Shown piece by piece: positions 28,067-37,056 of a DNA stretch of 64,000 bases. The notes beneath the pieces are model-generated. The model was not told the origin of the DNA, searched no databases, and saw only the letters and a list, made by a program, of their open reading frames with translations. The stretch covers positions 32,001 through 96,000 of the IMG/VR virus record IMGVR_UViG_3300022752_000022; one strand, written 5' to 3'. The translations under genes were made by a program, and so were the position numbers. Position 1 is the first letter of the stretch, and each line of letters begins with the position of its first letter. The stretch comes from a virus.

Positions 28067-29219
28067 ATTAGAAGAAAAATATACTCAGTATGATATTAGT
28101 ACGTCATCTAATAATTTTTATGTGCAAACAAATTCCGGTAGATATGTATTGATTCATAATTCTCCAGCCATTTTTGCTGGTCAAGATCCGTCAGACGGTC
28201 AATTCTTTGTTGCAAAGAAAGGCATCTTCAACAAAAATCCAAAACTCTACAAGACGAATGCTGAGATTGATGCAGACACTTCAGGTGATTTAGCAGACAA
28301 ACTCAAAGCATGTCTTCAATACTTGCCTGAAATTGGCATCAAAGGTGTCATCCAAGGCGACTTAATGTATACTCAAAGTGATCTAAAAAATGTAACAATT
28401 GATGGTGTAAAGTATACAACATTTCATCCAAATACCATTGTTTATGCGGTGCCTTATGATAGTGACATTGGAAGAACAATCCGCAATTCAAAAATGGGCA
28501 TTGTATGGCATACTAGATATGAAGGCGATACATTAGAAAATATGAAAGCAGTCTTCGGAACTGATATACTTGCTGGTATGAAAAAGTCTAGAAATGTCTG
28601 GTTTGACAATGCAGATTATAAAGATGTTTCAGGCAAAGCGTCCATGACAAAAGAGGAGACTGCTGAAGTGACAAAGGTGCTATCACAAGCAGGAAAAGTT
28701 TTCAATGCAATTGATGGCCGATTTTTAGATTCGCTTTCAGATTATCCAGGCTTCGGTGAAGAGTTGAATACAAGAATTAAAGCATTCAATAATTCTAAAA
28801 TTAAACAGCGCCAAAAAATTACAAATGTTCATAGTCATGTAACAGAAATGCTTGACGCACTCTTAGCACATTATCAGAGTGAGTTTGATAGCAAGAAAAA
28901 GCCTGATGCAAAGAAACGTGCTGAAGTCAAAGTCAATGCTATCAAAAGTATGATAAAATCAAAATACAAAGTTCAATTTGAACATATCTTTACGCTAATG
29001 AATTTGTTAGTTGACGCTAAAGATATGCTCAGTAAGAAATTAGATGAAGTAAAGAGTGTAAACACATTTTTATTAACCAAATCTGGATATCAAGTCACTG
29101 GTGTTGAGGGTTATGTCGCAATTGACAAATTGACTGGTGGTGCCGTGAAGATTGTAGATAGACTACAGTTTAGTTATGCTAATTTTTCTCCAGATGTAAT
29201 CAAAGGATGGGAGAGATAG
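28044..29219 (+). CDS. Split-intein C fragment fused to RNA-ligase-like protein C-part
   Basis: MRVIRVNKLEEKYTQYDISTSSNNFYV...LIHN|SPAIFAG; QGDLMY, EGYV, VKIVDR. Confidence 0.9.
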   Translation: MRVIRVNKLEEKYTQYDISTSSNNFYVQTNSGRYVLIHNSPAIFAGQDPSDGQFFVAKKGIFNKNPKLYKTNAEIDADTSGDLADKLKACLQYLPEIGIKGVIQGDLMYTQSDLKNVTIDGVKYTTFHPNTIVYAVPYDSDIGRTIRNSKMGIVWHTRYEGDTLENMKAVFGTDILAGMKKSRNVWFDNADYKDVSGKASMTKEETAEVTKVLSQAGKVFNAIDGRFLDSLSDYPGFGEELNTRIKAFNNSKIKQRQKITNVHSHVTEMLDALLAHYQSEFDSKKKPDAKKRAEVKVNAIKSMIKSKYKVQFEHIFTLMNLLVDAKDMLSKKLDEVKSVNTFLLTKSGYQVTGVEGYVAIDKLTGGAVKIVDRLQFSYANFSPDVIKGWER

Positions 29220-29220
29220 C

Positions 29221-30522
29221 ATGGCACTATTCAATAAGAACACACAGCAATATTTAAATCAATCAAAAACACTTTTTGATGTTGTCATGCTTGCCGATCA
29301 ATACGGCAATCGGATTAGCGCAGCAAATCCGACAGGCGTTGCAACTGATGCGTTTGGTAGAATGAGAGTATCGACACCATTAACGCTTTTTGATTCGTCA
29401 CATCGCTATAAAGACAATGGCCTTTGGGCGACTGCAAATACTGCAAATACAACTTATGCGTTTTCATCAAATGAAGGTTTAATTAATTTAACTTTGACGA
29501 ATGGTGCAGCAAATAATGAAATTATTCGTGAAACGACAAAAGTTATGTCCTATCAACCAGGAAAATCGTTACTGATTTTGAACACTATGGTGATGAATGA
29601 AGCGAAGGAAAATTTAAGGCAGCGTGTTGGATACTTTGGCGCAAACAACGGAATCTTTTTAGAACAATCTGGAAATACAATCAGTTTTGTTGAAAGGTCT
29701 ATTGTAACTGGTTCAGTTGTAGACACATTAGCAATTCAAACAGATTGGAATTATGATAAACTAGATGGCACTGGTCCATCTGGAGTAATTTTAGATTTAG
29801 CAAAAGCGCAAATTTTCTGGACAGATATTGAATGGTTGGGTGTTGGCGATGTTCGTTGTGGTTTTGTTATCAATGGTCAATTTATTCATTGTCATTCATT
29901 TCGCCATGCAAATCAAATAACTTCAACATATATTACGACAGCATCACTACCTTTGCGATATGAAATTAAAAATGTTGGTACAGTTTCTGGCGGTAGCACA
30001 ATGAAACAAATTTGTTCTTCGGTTGTGACTGAGGGTGGGTATGAACTCCGTGGAGCACAGCAAGCAATAGGTACAGCAATTAATGCAGCAAGAACGTTGA
30101 CTACAGCAGGAACTTTTTATCCAATTGTTTCATTAAGATTAAAATCTACAGCATTAGATGCAGTTGTGATTCTTACAGCACTCTCTACGATAGCAGATAC
30201 TTCCAGTAATTTTAATTGGCAAGTTCGTGCAAACTGTACAACAGGTGGAGGAGCATGGGTGAGTGCTGGAACAGATAGTGCTGTTGAATATAACATTACA
30301 GGAACTAGCACATCAGGCGGAAAAACATTAGCATCTGGCTATTTTACTGCAACTCAGAGCACCAGTGTGTCTGTTGATATTCTTAAAGAAGCATTATTCA
30401 AATTTCAACTAGAAAGAAATGGTTTGACTGAAACACCATATGAAATTTCTTTAGTGTTAGCATCAAAAACAGGTAATGAAGGTGTGTATGCTTCCATGGA
30501 CTGGGAAGAAATTTCTAGGTAA
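29221..30522 (+). CDS. Probable virion structural protein (beta-rich)
   Basis: DAFGRMRVSTP, YQPGKS, EWLGVG; Thr/Ser/Gly-rich; in the late operon. Confidence 0.6.
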   Translation: MALFNKNTQQYLNQSKTLFDVVMLADQYGNRISAANPTGVATDAFGRMRVSTPLTLFDSSHRYKDNGLWATANTANTTYAFSSNEGLINLTLTNGAANNEIIRETTKVMSYQPGKSLLILNTMVMNEAKENLRQRVGYFGANNGIFLEQSGNTISFVERSIVTGSVVDTLAIQTDWNYDKLDGTGPSGVILDLAKAQIFWTDIEWLGVGDVRCGFVINGQFIHCHSFRHANQITSTYITTASLPLRYEIKNVGTVSGGSTMKQICSSVVTEGGYELRGAQQAIGTAINAARTLTTAGTFYPIVSLRLKSTALDAVVILTALSTIADTSSNFNWQVRANCTTGGGAWVSAGTDSAVEYNITGTSTSGGKTLASGYFTATQSTSVSVDILKEALFKFQLERNGLTETPYEISLVLASKTGNEGVYASMDWEEISR

Positions 30523-30536
30523 TAAGGAGAGATAGT

Positions 30537-31355
30537 ATGGCAGCATCAGAAGGCGTAGATTTAGAATGGGCAATTGTAGAATATTCTAGAATTAGATTAA
30601 ACAAACAAACGAAAACGACTAGAAATTATTCTTCAAAAATTGATACGCAGGCTAAAGAATGCGTAGATCATATATTTAAGAAAATGGGAAAGACGTTTGA
30701 TATATATCACTCAGACGAACAAGTGCCAGGTATAGGTTCAATCTACGCCAAACCTGAGCCTAAGACTGATATTGTAATATTTACTAAATCAAATAAATAT
30801 TTTGTATCAGTTAAAATGGAAGGTGGCATACAACTTGCATCCGGTCAGGGTGCATCAACAGCGGAACTTTTTGAGTCTGCTGCTGAATCATTAAAAAATG
30901 CAAATCAGAGAAAAGTTCTCACTTCTATAGTGAAAGAATTAAAAACTATGCCGACAAGATTACTCTCTACGAGCAATTTTGATAGAATTGTGTCTGAAGG
31001 TAATGAAAAAATCATAAAAGAATTTATAAAGAATGGTAAGATTATCCAAGATAAAAGTTACGAGTATTGGTTAGAAAATAATAAACCGCATCTTCTAGGC
31101 GCACTACTTAAATTTGTTAAAGAAAATGACGAATACTACAGCGCAATCATATACGAAGCGTTGACAGGTGAAAAAACTCTTAAAAGTTTTAAAGGCGCCG
31201 TTGCAAATTCTATTATTTCACCATCTGGATTTTATGAAATTGATGATGCATACGTTAAAAAATTGAAACCTAAGATTAAAATGGATTTACGAGCCAAATC
31301 TAGAGGTGGTATTTCAAGTATCGCATTTAGAATTGAAACCAGAGGAAGCGTTTAG
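30537..31355 (+). CDS. Putative PD-(D/E)xK endonuclease
   Basis: EPKTDIV...FVSVKM motif. Confidence 0.55.
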   Translation: MAASEGVDLEWAIVEYSRIRLNKQTKTTRNYSSKIDTQAKECVDHIFKKMGKTFDIYHSDEQVPGIGSIYAKPEPKTDIVIFTKSNKYFVSVKMEGGIQLASGQGASTAELFESAAESLKNANQRKVLTSIVKELKTMPTRLLSTSNFDRIVSEGNEKIIKEFIKNGKIIQDKSYEYWLENNKPHLLGALLKFVKENDEYYSAIIYEALTGEKTLKSFKGAVANSIISPSGFYEIDDAYVKKLKPKIKMDLRAKSRGGISSIAFRIETRGSV

Positions 31356-31363
31356 TATAAATA
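31356..31363 (+). promoter_or_regulatory. T4-type late promoter
   Basis: TATAAATA. Confidence 0.8.
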
Positions 31364-31421
31364 AAACATCAGTTAGGCTAAGGCAAACCTGAACGGATAA
31401 GTCTAAGGAAAACTCCAGAGA

Positions 31422-34328
31422 ATGAAAGATAACGTTATTATATCATTTGGTCGTATGAATCCCATGACAAATGGTCATGAGAAACTTGCAACCAAACTTC
31501 AATCAGTAGCAAAGCAGAAACACGGTGATGCTATGCTCTATCTATCACATTCCACAAATCCAAAGAAAGATCCGCTAGATTTTGACACAAAAGTCAAATT
31601 CGCTAAGAAGGCCTTTGGTCCAATGGTAAAAAACTCACCAGCGAGAACAATTTTAGAAGTTGCAAAAGAATTGACAGGTAAGTATAAGAATCTCATTGTC
31701 GTTGTAGGCAGCGACAGAGTTTCAGAATTTCAATCTTTACTCACAAAATATAACGGTAAAGATTATAAGTTTGAGAACATAGAAGTCGTATCAGCAGGAG
31801 AGCGTGATCCAGATGCAGAAGGTGTTACAGGAATGTCTGGTTCAAAAATGAGAGCGTTCGCTTCCGCTAACGATTTTGAAAAGTTTAAACAAGGTGTACC
31901 GTCCAAACTATCCGACGCTGACGCAAAAGCGTTATTTACAGCAGTGAGAAAAGGTATGAAACTAGACGAACAAGTAGACGAATCAATTGTAAGTTTCGCA
32001 CAAAGAAGGCAGCGTTCCGCTAGATTTAAGCGTATGCAGCAAAAATTGCTTCGTACCAGAATGCTTCAAGCGAAACGTGCTGCTGATCCAGAAAGATTAA
32101 AACGTAGGGCTGGCAAACTCGCATATCAGTTTTTTAGAAATAGGGCCGCAGGTGGAAAAGATTATGCTTCGTTAAGTGCCGGCGAAAAAATTATGATTGA
32201 TACAAGACTGCAAAAAATGGTGCCAGCGATTCGAAAATTTGCTTCAAGACTTGTGCCGCTAGCAAGAAAGAAAGATATTCAGCGTAGACAATCTATGATG
32301 ATGCATCGGGCTGAAGAATTAAATCAAATTTTCGCTGAGTGTTTCATTGTAGAAGCAACTAAAGTGCCTCAAGATCCACACATTAAAGGCAAAGAAGGCA
32401 CACAACCTAAAGTTTATTACAAAGGCTTAGACAAAGATACAAAAGAAAAACGATTGGCCCATTTCCGTAAATATGGACCAATGTCAGACCGTGATCCAAA
32501 TGCGTATGTGGACGCACCAGGAGATAAAGAAGCAAGAGAAAAAGGTATGCCGCAATCTAAGCATACTCAAAAGTATAAGCAGATGTACGGTGAAGCAGTA
32601 GCACCACAAGAAAGACAAAAGAACTCAAGATTAGAACAGTTGGTTCGATTAGGTTTAGCAGATGCAAAAATGCTCTCTACAATTAAAAGAGCTGTCGCTA
32701 AATTAAACTCAGGTGACACAATGTCACCGCAAGAGCGTGATGCTACAAATAACCTTTTATCAACACTTCTAGATATGGTAACAAGTGCAGATGCTTTGTT
32801 TAGAATGACAAAGACGCAACTTCAGAAAGAATCTTATGTAGTAGAAAAAGGCGAATACGACGATTACGAAGAAATTGATGGCCTAGAAATGGCTCAAATT
32901 GAAATAGAAAACATCATTCAAGATTCTGAAGATTTGCTTGAAATGATGGATGAAATGGATGAAGAGCCTGAAGCATGGGTGCTATCTAAGATCACTAAAG
33001 CAGCAGATTATATTTCAAGTGTCAGAGACTATCTTCAGTTTGAAGATGATTATGATTATGAGAACGGTGAAGAAGAAGAGGATGACGGTGAGTATGGTAT
33101 GGAAGATGAAATGGAAGTTGAAGACTATCTTGCTTCTATGACACAAGAAGAATTTGAGGATGATGAAGATTTAAGAGCGATTTTTGAAGAAGTTGAAGGC
33201 TTAAAGAAGAAAGCGGAGAAGTCTGGTATTTCTTATAGCATTCTCAAACAAGTGTATAATCGTGGTATGGCTGCATGGCAAACAGGTCATAGACCAGGTA
33301 CAACAGCGCAACAGTGGGCTTTTGCAAGAGTCAATTCGTTTATCACAAAAGGTAAAGGCACATGGGGTGGTGCTGATAGCGATCTAGCAGCAAAAGTTAA
33401 AAAGACAAAAGACACTAACGAAGCATTCTCAAAATTCGCTGAAGCATTAGAATGGGGCACCGATGAATTAAGAAAAGCATATGCTACTGCTACGCCAGGT
33501 CAGTCGCAAGATATACTTATGGCTAAGTATTCAGCAAACTCTGCATTAGATGTGATGAATAATGCTAACACACAAAGACTTTATAAACTTTATAGCGAAG
33601 AACAAGAGTTGCTAGATATCTTTGCTGAAGTCTCGGATGTATCTGAAGCATTCAAATGGCACCAAGAAGAAAGCAAACCACTCCACGAAACAGTGTATCG
33701 TGTTGGTTCAGAAAAATATTTTGAATTCTGGCGTGTAGCAAGACAAATGTATAATGAAGGATTGATGGAGAACATTGATCCAATAGATAAAGCGATTCTT
33801 GAAGAAACGGATTTAGGTGAAATTGTAGAACATGAGGGTGGCTATGTGCCACTTGATTGCCCAATGCTTGAAGAAGGCCTTAACATTTGGAAATATAATC
33901 CTGTGACTGGTTTATGGAGAATTGAACGTGACGTAACTCCAGAAACAAAAGATAAATGGCTTGAAATTTATAGAAAAGATGATCCTAAAGGCAAGTATGT
34001 TGTTTCAGCAAAAAAGCCTTCAAGCAAAGCACACCTAAGAGAAGAAGACGAAAAGAATCCACCACTCAATGAACCAAAACGTGGTGGACCAAAGAAGTTC
34101 TATGTGTACGTTAAAGATCCTAGTACAGGTAATATAAAAAAGGTTACATGGGGCGATACGACAGGATTGTCGGTCAAATTGAATGATCCTGAAGCAAGAA
34201 AGTCATTTGCAGCAAGACATCAATGCTCTATGCAAAAAGATAGAACAAGCGCAGCATATTGGGCTTGCAATACTCCACGATATGCTAAACAACTAGGATT
34301 GTCAGGAGGTGGGGATTTCTACTGGTGA
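31422..34328 (+). CDS. Multidomain protein with N-terminal HIGH-type nucleotidyltransferase (cytidylyltransferase/NMNAT-like)
   Basis: FGRMNPMTNGH, VVGSDR, SAGERDPD, MSGSKMR; followed by many small domains. Confidence 0.85.
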   Translation: MKDNVIISFGRMNPMTNGHEKLATKLQSVAKQKHGDAMLYLSHSTNPKKDPLDFDTKVKFAKKAFGPMVKNSPARTILEVAKELTGKYKNLIVVVGSDRVSEFQSLLTKYNGKDYKFENIEVVSAGERDPDAEGVTGMSGSKMRAFASANDFEKFKQGVPSKLSDADAKALFTAVRKGMKLDEQVDESIVSFAQRRQRSARFKRMQQKLLRTRMLQAKRAADPERLKRRAGKLAYQFFRNRAAGGKDYASLSAGEKIMIDTRLQKMVPAIRKFASRLVPLARKKDIQRRQSMMMHRAEELNQIFAECFIVEATKVPQDPHIKGKEGTQPKVYYKGLDKDTKEKRLAHFRKYGPMSDRDPNAYVDAPGDKEAREKGMPQSKHTQKYKQMYGEAVAPQERQKNSRLEQLVRLGLADAKMLSTIKRAVAKLNSGDTMSPQERDATNNLLSTLLDMVTSADALFRMTKTQLQKESYVVEKGEYDDYEEIDGLEMAQIEIENIIQDSEDLLEMMDEMDEEPEAWVLSKITKAADYISSVRDYLQFEDDYDYENGEEEEDDGEYGMEDEMEVEDYLASMTQEEFEDDEDLRAIFEEVEGLKKKAEKSGISYSILKQVYNRGMAAWQTGHRPGTTAQQWAFARVNSFITKGKGTWGGADSDLAAKVKKTKDTNEAFSKFAEALEWGTDELRKAYATATPGQSQDILMAKYSANSALDVMNNANTQRLYKLYSEEQELLDIFAEVSDVSEAFKWHQEESKPLHETVYRVGSEKYFEFWRVARQMYNEGLMENIDPIDKAILEETDLGEIVEHEGGYVPLDCPMLEEGLNIWKYNPVTGLWRIERDVTPETKDKWLEIYRKDDPKGKYVVSAKKPSSKAHLREEDEKNPPLNEPKRGGPKKFYVYVKDPSTGNIKKVTWGDTTGLSVKLNDPEARKSFAARHQCSMQKDRTSAAYWACNTPRYAKQLGLSGGGDFYW

Positions 34329-34591
34329 AACCATATAACGATATTTTTCCTTTAGAGAATACATTTATTCGCACATTTTCAGAAAATGTGAACGAAGAGG
34401 AATTGATTTGGCATCGTGATAAAAAGAATAGAGAAATAAAAGTTATGGACGGAATTGGTTGGTTTTTACAATACGACAATCAACTTCCAATTCAAATGAT
34501 CATTGGAAAAACGTATTACATCAAAGCAGAAGAGTATCATAGAATTTTGAGAGGTAAAAACAATTTAATTTTAGAAATAAAGGAGAAATAG
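34325..34591 (+). CDS. Small cupin-like protein
   Basis: LIWHRD...YHRILRG. Confidence 0.6.
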   Translation: MKPYNDIFPLENTFIRTFSENVNEEELIWHRDKKNREIKVMDGIGWFLQYDNQLPIQMIIGKTYYIKAEEYHRILRGKNNLILEIKEK

Positions 34592-34593
34592 AA

Positions 34594-37056
34594 ATGAGAG
34601 ACAATGCGAATTTATTTGGTTTGTCTCAGTCGCTTATTGATGCCGTAAAGAAAGTTCAACAAGAAGAGACTGAATATCAAGCTAAAGTAAGAGCACACAT
34701 GGCAAAGAAAGGCATCAAGTCCTTAGGTGACTTGTCGCCTGAAGAAAAGAAAAAATTCTTTAACGATCTAGATGCTGCACACAAAGCAAAGAATGAAGAA
34801 TTTGAATTAAATGAAGTCAAAGTTGGTGATAAGGTCAGTTTTGACCATGAAATGACATCTGCTCCAGGAAAAAAAATTAAGAAGTCTGGAACCGTTCATG
34901 AGATTGACGGTGAAATTGCACATATAAAAGTAAAAGACAAATATGGTGCAATGGTTCATAAGAAAAAAGTTAGTGAACTTCAAAAAGAAGAATTCAGTTT
35001 ATCTGAAGGTATGCTTTCTAAGTTTAAAAAGGCAGACGCTCAAACAAAAACTGATTTCAATAAGTATAACATGAAACCTTATGACGCAGTTTATACTGTG
35101 ACAATGGGCGCTAAAGGTGAACCGAAATATGATTTGACAATTCTCAAGCATGAGAATGGTAAATTCTTAGCAGCACATGGATCAGTTGTTGTGAAGCAAG
35201 AATTTGCTAAAGCGGAAGATGCTGCTAAGTGGCTGATGAATTGGTATGAAGAAAATAAGCGACCCGCAGCAAAGAATGAAGGCGTAGAAGAGTCCACTGG
35301 TGTAACAGATTACAATCCAAAAAGTCAAGGCGGCACACGAAAAGAATTAATCGCAAAGTATCACAAGACTAAGAATCCTAAAGATGCTGAGGCTGCTAGA
35401 AAAGCTGGTGCGACACAAAAAGAACTTCAGAGTGAAGAAGTTGAAATTGAAGAAGGCAAGTCTAGCACAGGTTATGAACTCTATCACAAAGACTTTTCTT
35501 CAGCAATGGCACACGCTTATGACTTTGCAAAGAAAAAATATAACATTGAGATTGATCCTTTTGAGATTGATCGCAAAGTTGCAATGGGTCCTAAGAAGCC
35601 GTCTTCAGGCAAATCAAACGCATATCGCTTGTTAGATAAAACTGGCAAGAAAGCGATTCAAGTACAAGTTGCAAATCTTGACAATCAACGGTATGAATTG
35701 AATATGTACAAAGAGGATTTGGATGAGCAAAAAAATGATCCGCCATTTGATCCAGATCCACCAAAGAAAAAATCGGATGTCGTTCCTGGTAAGCATGGTT
35801 CAGGTCCATCTATGGCTAAACACTTAGCAAAAATGGCACTGAAAAAACAGATGGATAAGAAGAAAGATGTAAAAGAAGATGCTGAACAAGTGGTCGAAAA
35901 AGTTGTCAAAGGCAAGGGATATGATAATCCTGAGAACGAACGCAAGAGTCCTGAAGGCAAAGTGCCCATGACAAGTCTCATGCCTGGCCATAGTGATAAA
36001 GCAGCACGATTCGCAGCAGTTCAAGCAAAAGGTAAACTAGTCAAAGGTAAAGCACAGAGCGCACCACAAAAAGAAGAATTTGATCCATCAGTTTTAGATG
36101 AAGCATTTTCTCCTGCAATGGTCGCAAAACTCAAAGCAGAGTATAGCAAGATTGATCGCATTGATCCATCAAGCAATAGTTATAAGAAATTGATCGCTAT
36201 GCTTGATAAAATGGACATGAAAGACTTAGAAAGTCTTGCTGATGCAGGAATCAAGTTTGTTTCTGGGCTTGCAAAGAATCGTGTAAGTCGTAATGCTATG
36301 AAGCGTGGCGAAGGCAGTAAAGGCAAAAACTATCTCATGTCAAAAAATGAAGAAGTTGAGATTGAAGAATCTGGTGACATGGGTCCAGTAAACAAAGGCA
36401 AAGAAAAACCTGTAATGATGCGTCATAAGACTTCGGGCAAAGAAATTTCTGTTGTTCCATCTGGTGTCAAAGAAAAACAAAAACTTGGCTATGAAGTCGT
36501 TAAAGAAGAAGTAGAACAAATTGATGAAGTCAAAGTCGGTGACACCGTTCACGTTGGCATGGCCAAAAAAGGTGGTGCAGGATTCAAAGGCACCGTCCAT
36601 AAGATTGATGGTGAAAAAGTTCATGTGAAAGTTGGCACAACAAAGTATGGTGACAGAATTGTTGCTGGTCAAATGAAGAACGTTACAAAAGAAGAACTGG
36701 AGATTGACGAAGCAAAAAAAGCTAAGCCTGCCTTCAAGGATGTGAAGAAGGCAGGCGAGGATATGAATGAAGCAGAAGGTAGTGGTACAGCTATACCTTC
36801 AGAAAAACAATCTATAGATCAAAAGAAACGAGCACAAATCGCTATGAAATCAGCCGATTTAAAAATAAAACATGATCGTGAACGTGAAAAATTGAAAAAA
36901 GAGCGTGCTGCTCTAAGAAATGAAATGTTTTCTGAAGCAATGAAAAAAGATAAAAAGAAAGAAGCGTCATCTAAAGATAAACTAAAAAAAGGTGAAGCAT
37001 TAAGTGGTAAAGCGGAGCCAATTGAAGTTTCTCCGGAGATGAATCCAACAAAATGA
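34594..37056 (+). CDS. Large Lys/Glu-rich multidomain protein (putative polyprotein / internal head protein)
   Basis: Basic modules separated by EE-x-x-(I/L)-x-E linkers; two KOW/SH3-like copies. Confidence 0.7.
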   Translation: MRDNANLFGLSQSLIDAVKKVQQEETEYQAKVRAHMAKKGIKSLGDLSPEEKKKFFNDLDAAHKAKNEEFELNEVKVGDKVSFDHEMTSAPGKKIKKSGTVHEIDGEIAHIKVKDKYGAMVHKKKVSELQKEEFSLSEGMLSKFKKADAQTKTDFNKYNMKPYDAVYTVTMGAKGEPKYDLTILKHENGKFLAAHGSVVVKQEFAKAEDAAKWLMNWYEENKRPAAKNEGVEESTGVTDYNPKSQGGTRKELIAKYHKTKNPKDAEAARKAGATQKELQSEEVEIEEGKSSTGYELYHKDFSSAMAHAYDFAKKKYNIEIDPFEIDRKVAMGPKKPSSGKSNAYRLLDKTGKKAIQVQVANLDNQRYELNMYKEDLDEQKNDPPFDPDPPKKKSDVVPGKHGSGPSMAKHLAKMALKKQMDKKKDVKEDAEQVVEKVVKGKGYDNPENERKSPEGKVPMTSLMPGHSDKAARFAAVQAKGKLVKGKAQSAPQKEEFDPSVLDEAFSPAMVAKLKAEYSKIDRIDPSSNSYKKLIAMLDKMDMKDLESLADAGIKFVSGLAKNRVSRNAMKRGEGSKGKNYLMSKNEEVEIEESGDMGPVNKGKEKPVMMRHKTSGKEISVVPSGVKEKQKLGYEVVKEEVEQIDEVKVGDTVHVGMAKKGGAGFKGTVHKIDGEKVHVKVGTTKYGDRIVAGQMKNVTKEELEIDEAKKAKPAFKDVKKAGEDMNEAEGSGTAIPSEKQSIDQKKRAQIAMKSADLKIKHDREREKLKKERAALRNEMFSEAMKKDKKKEASSKDKLKKGEALSGKAEPIEVSPEMNPTK

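Noticed and set aside
31371-31416. c-di-GMP-I riboswitch (GGCAAAC and CTAA words)
   Set aside because: Too short, and the elements are in the wrong order for the GEMM fold
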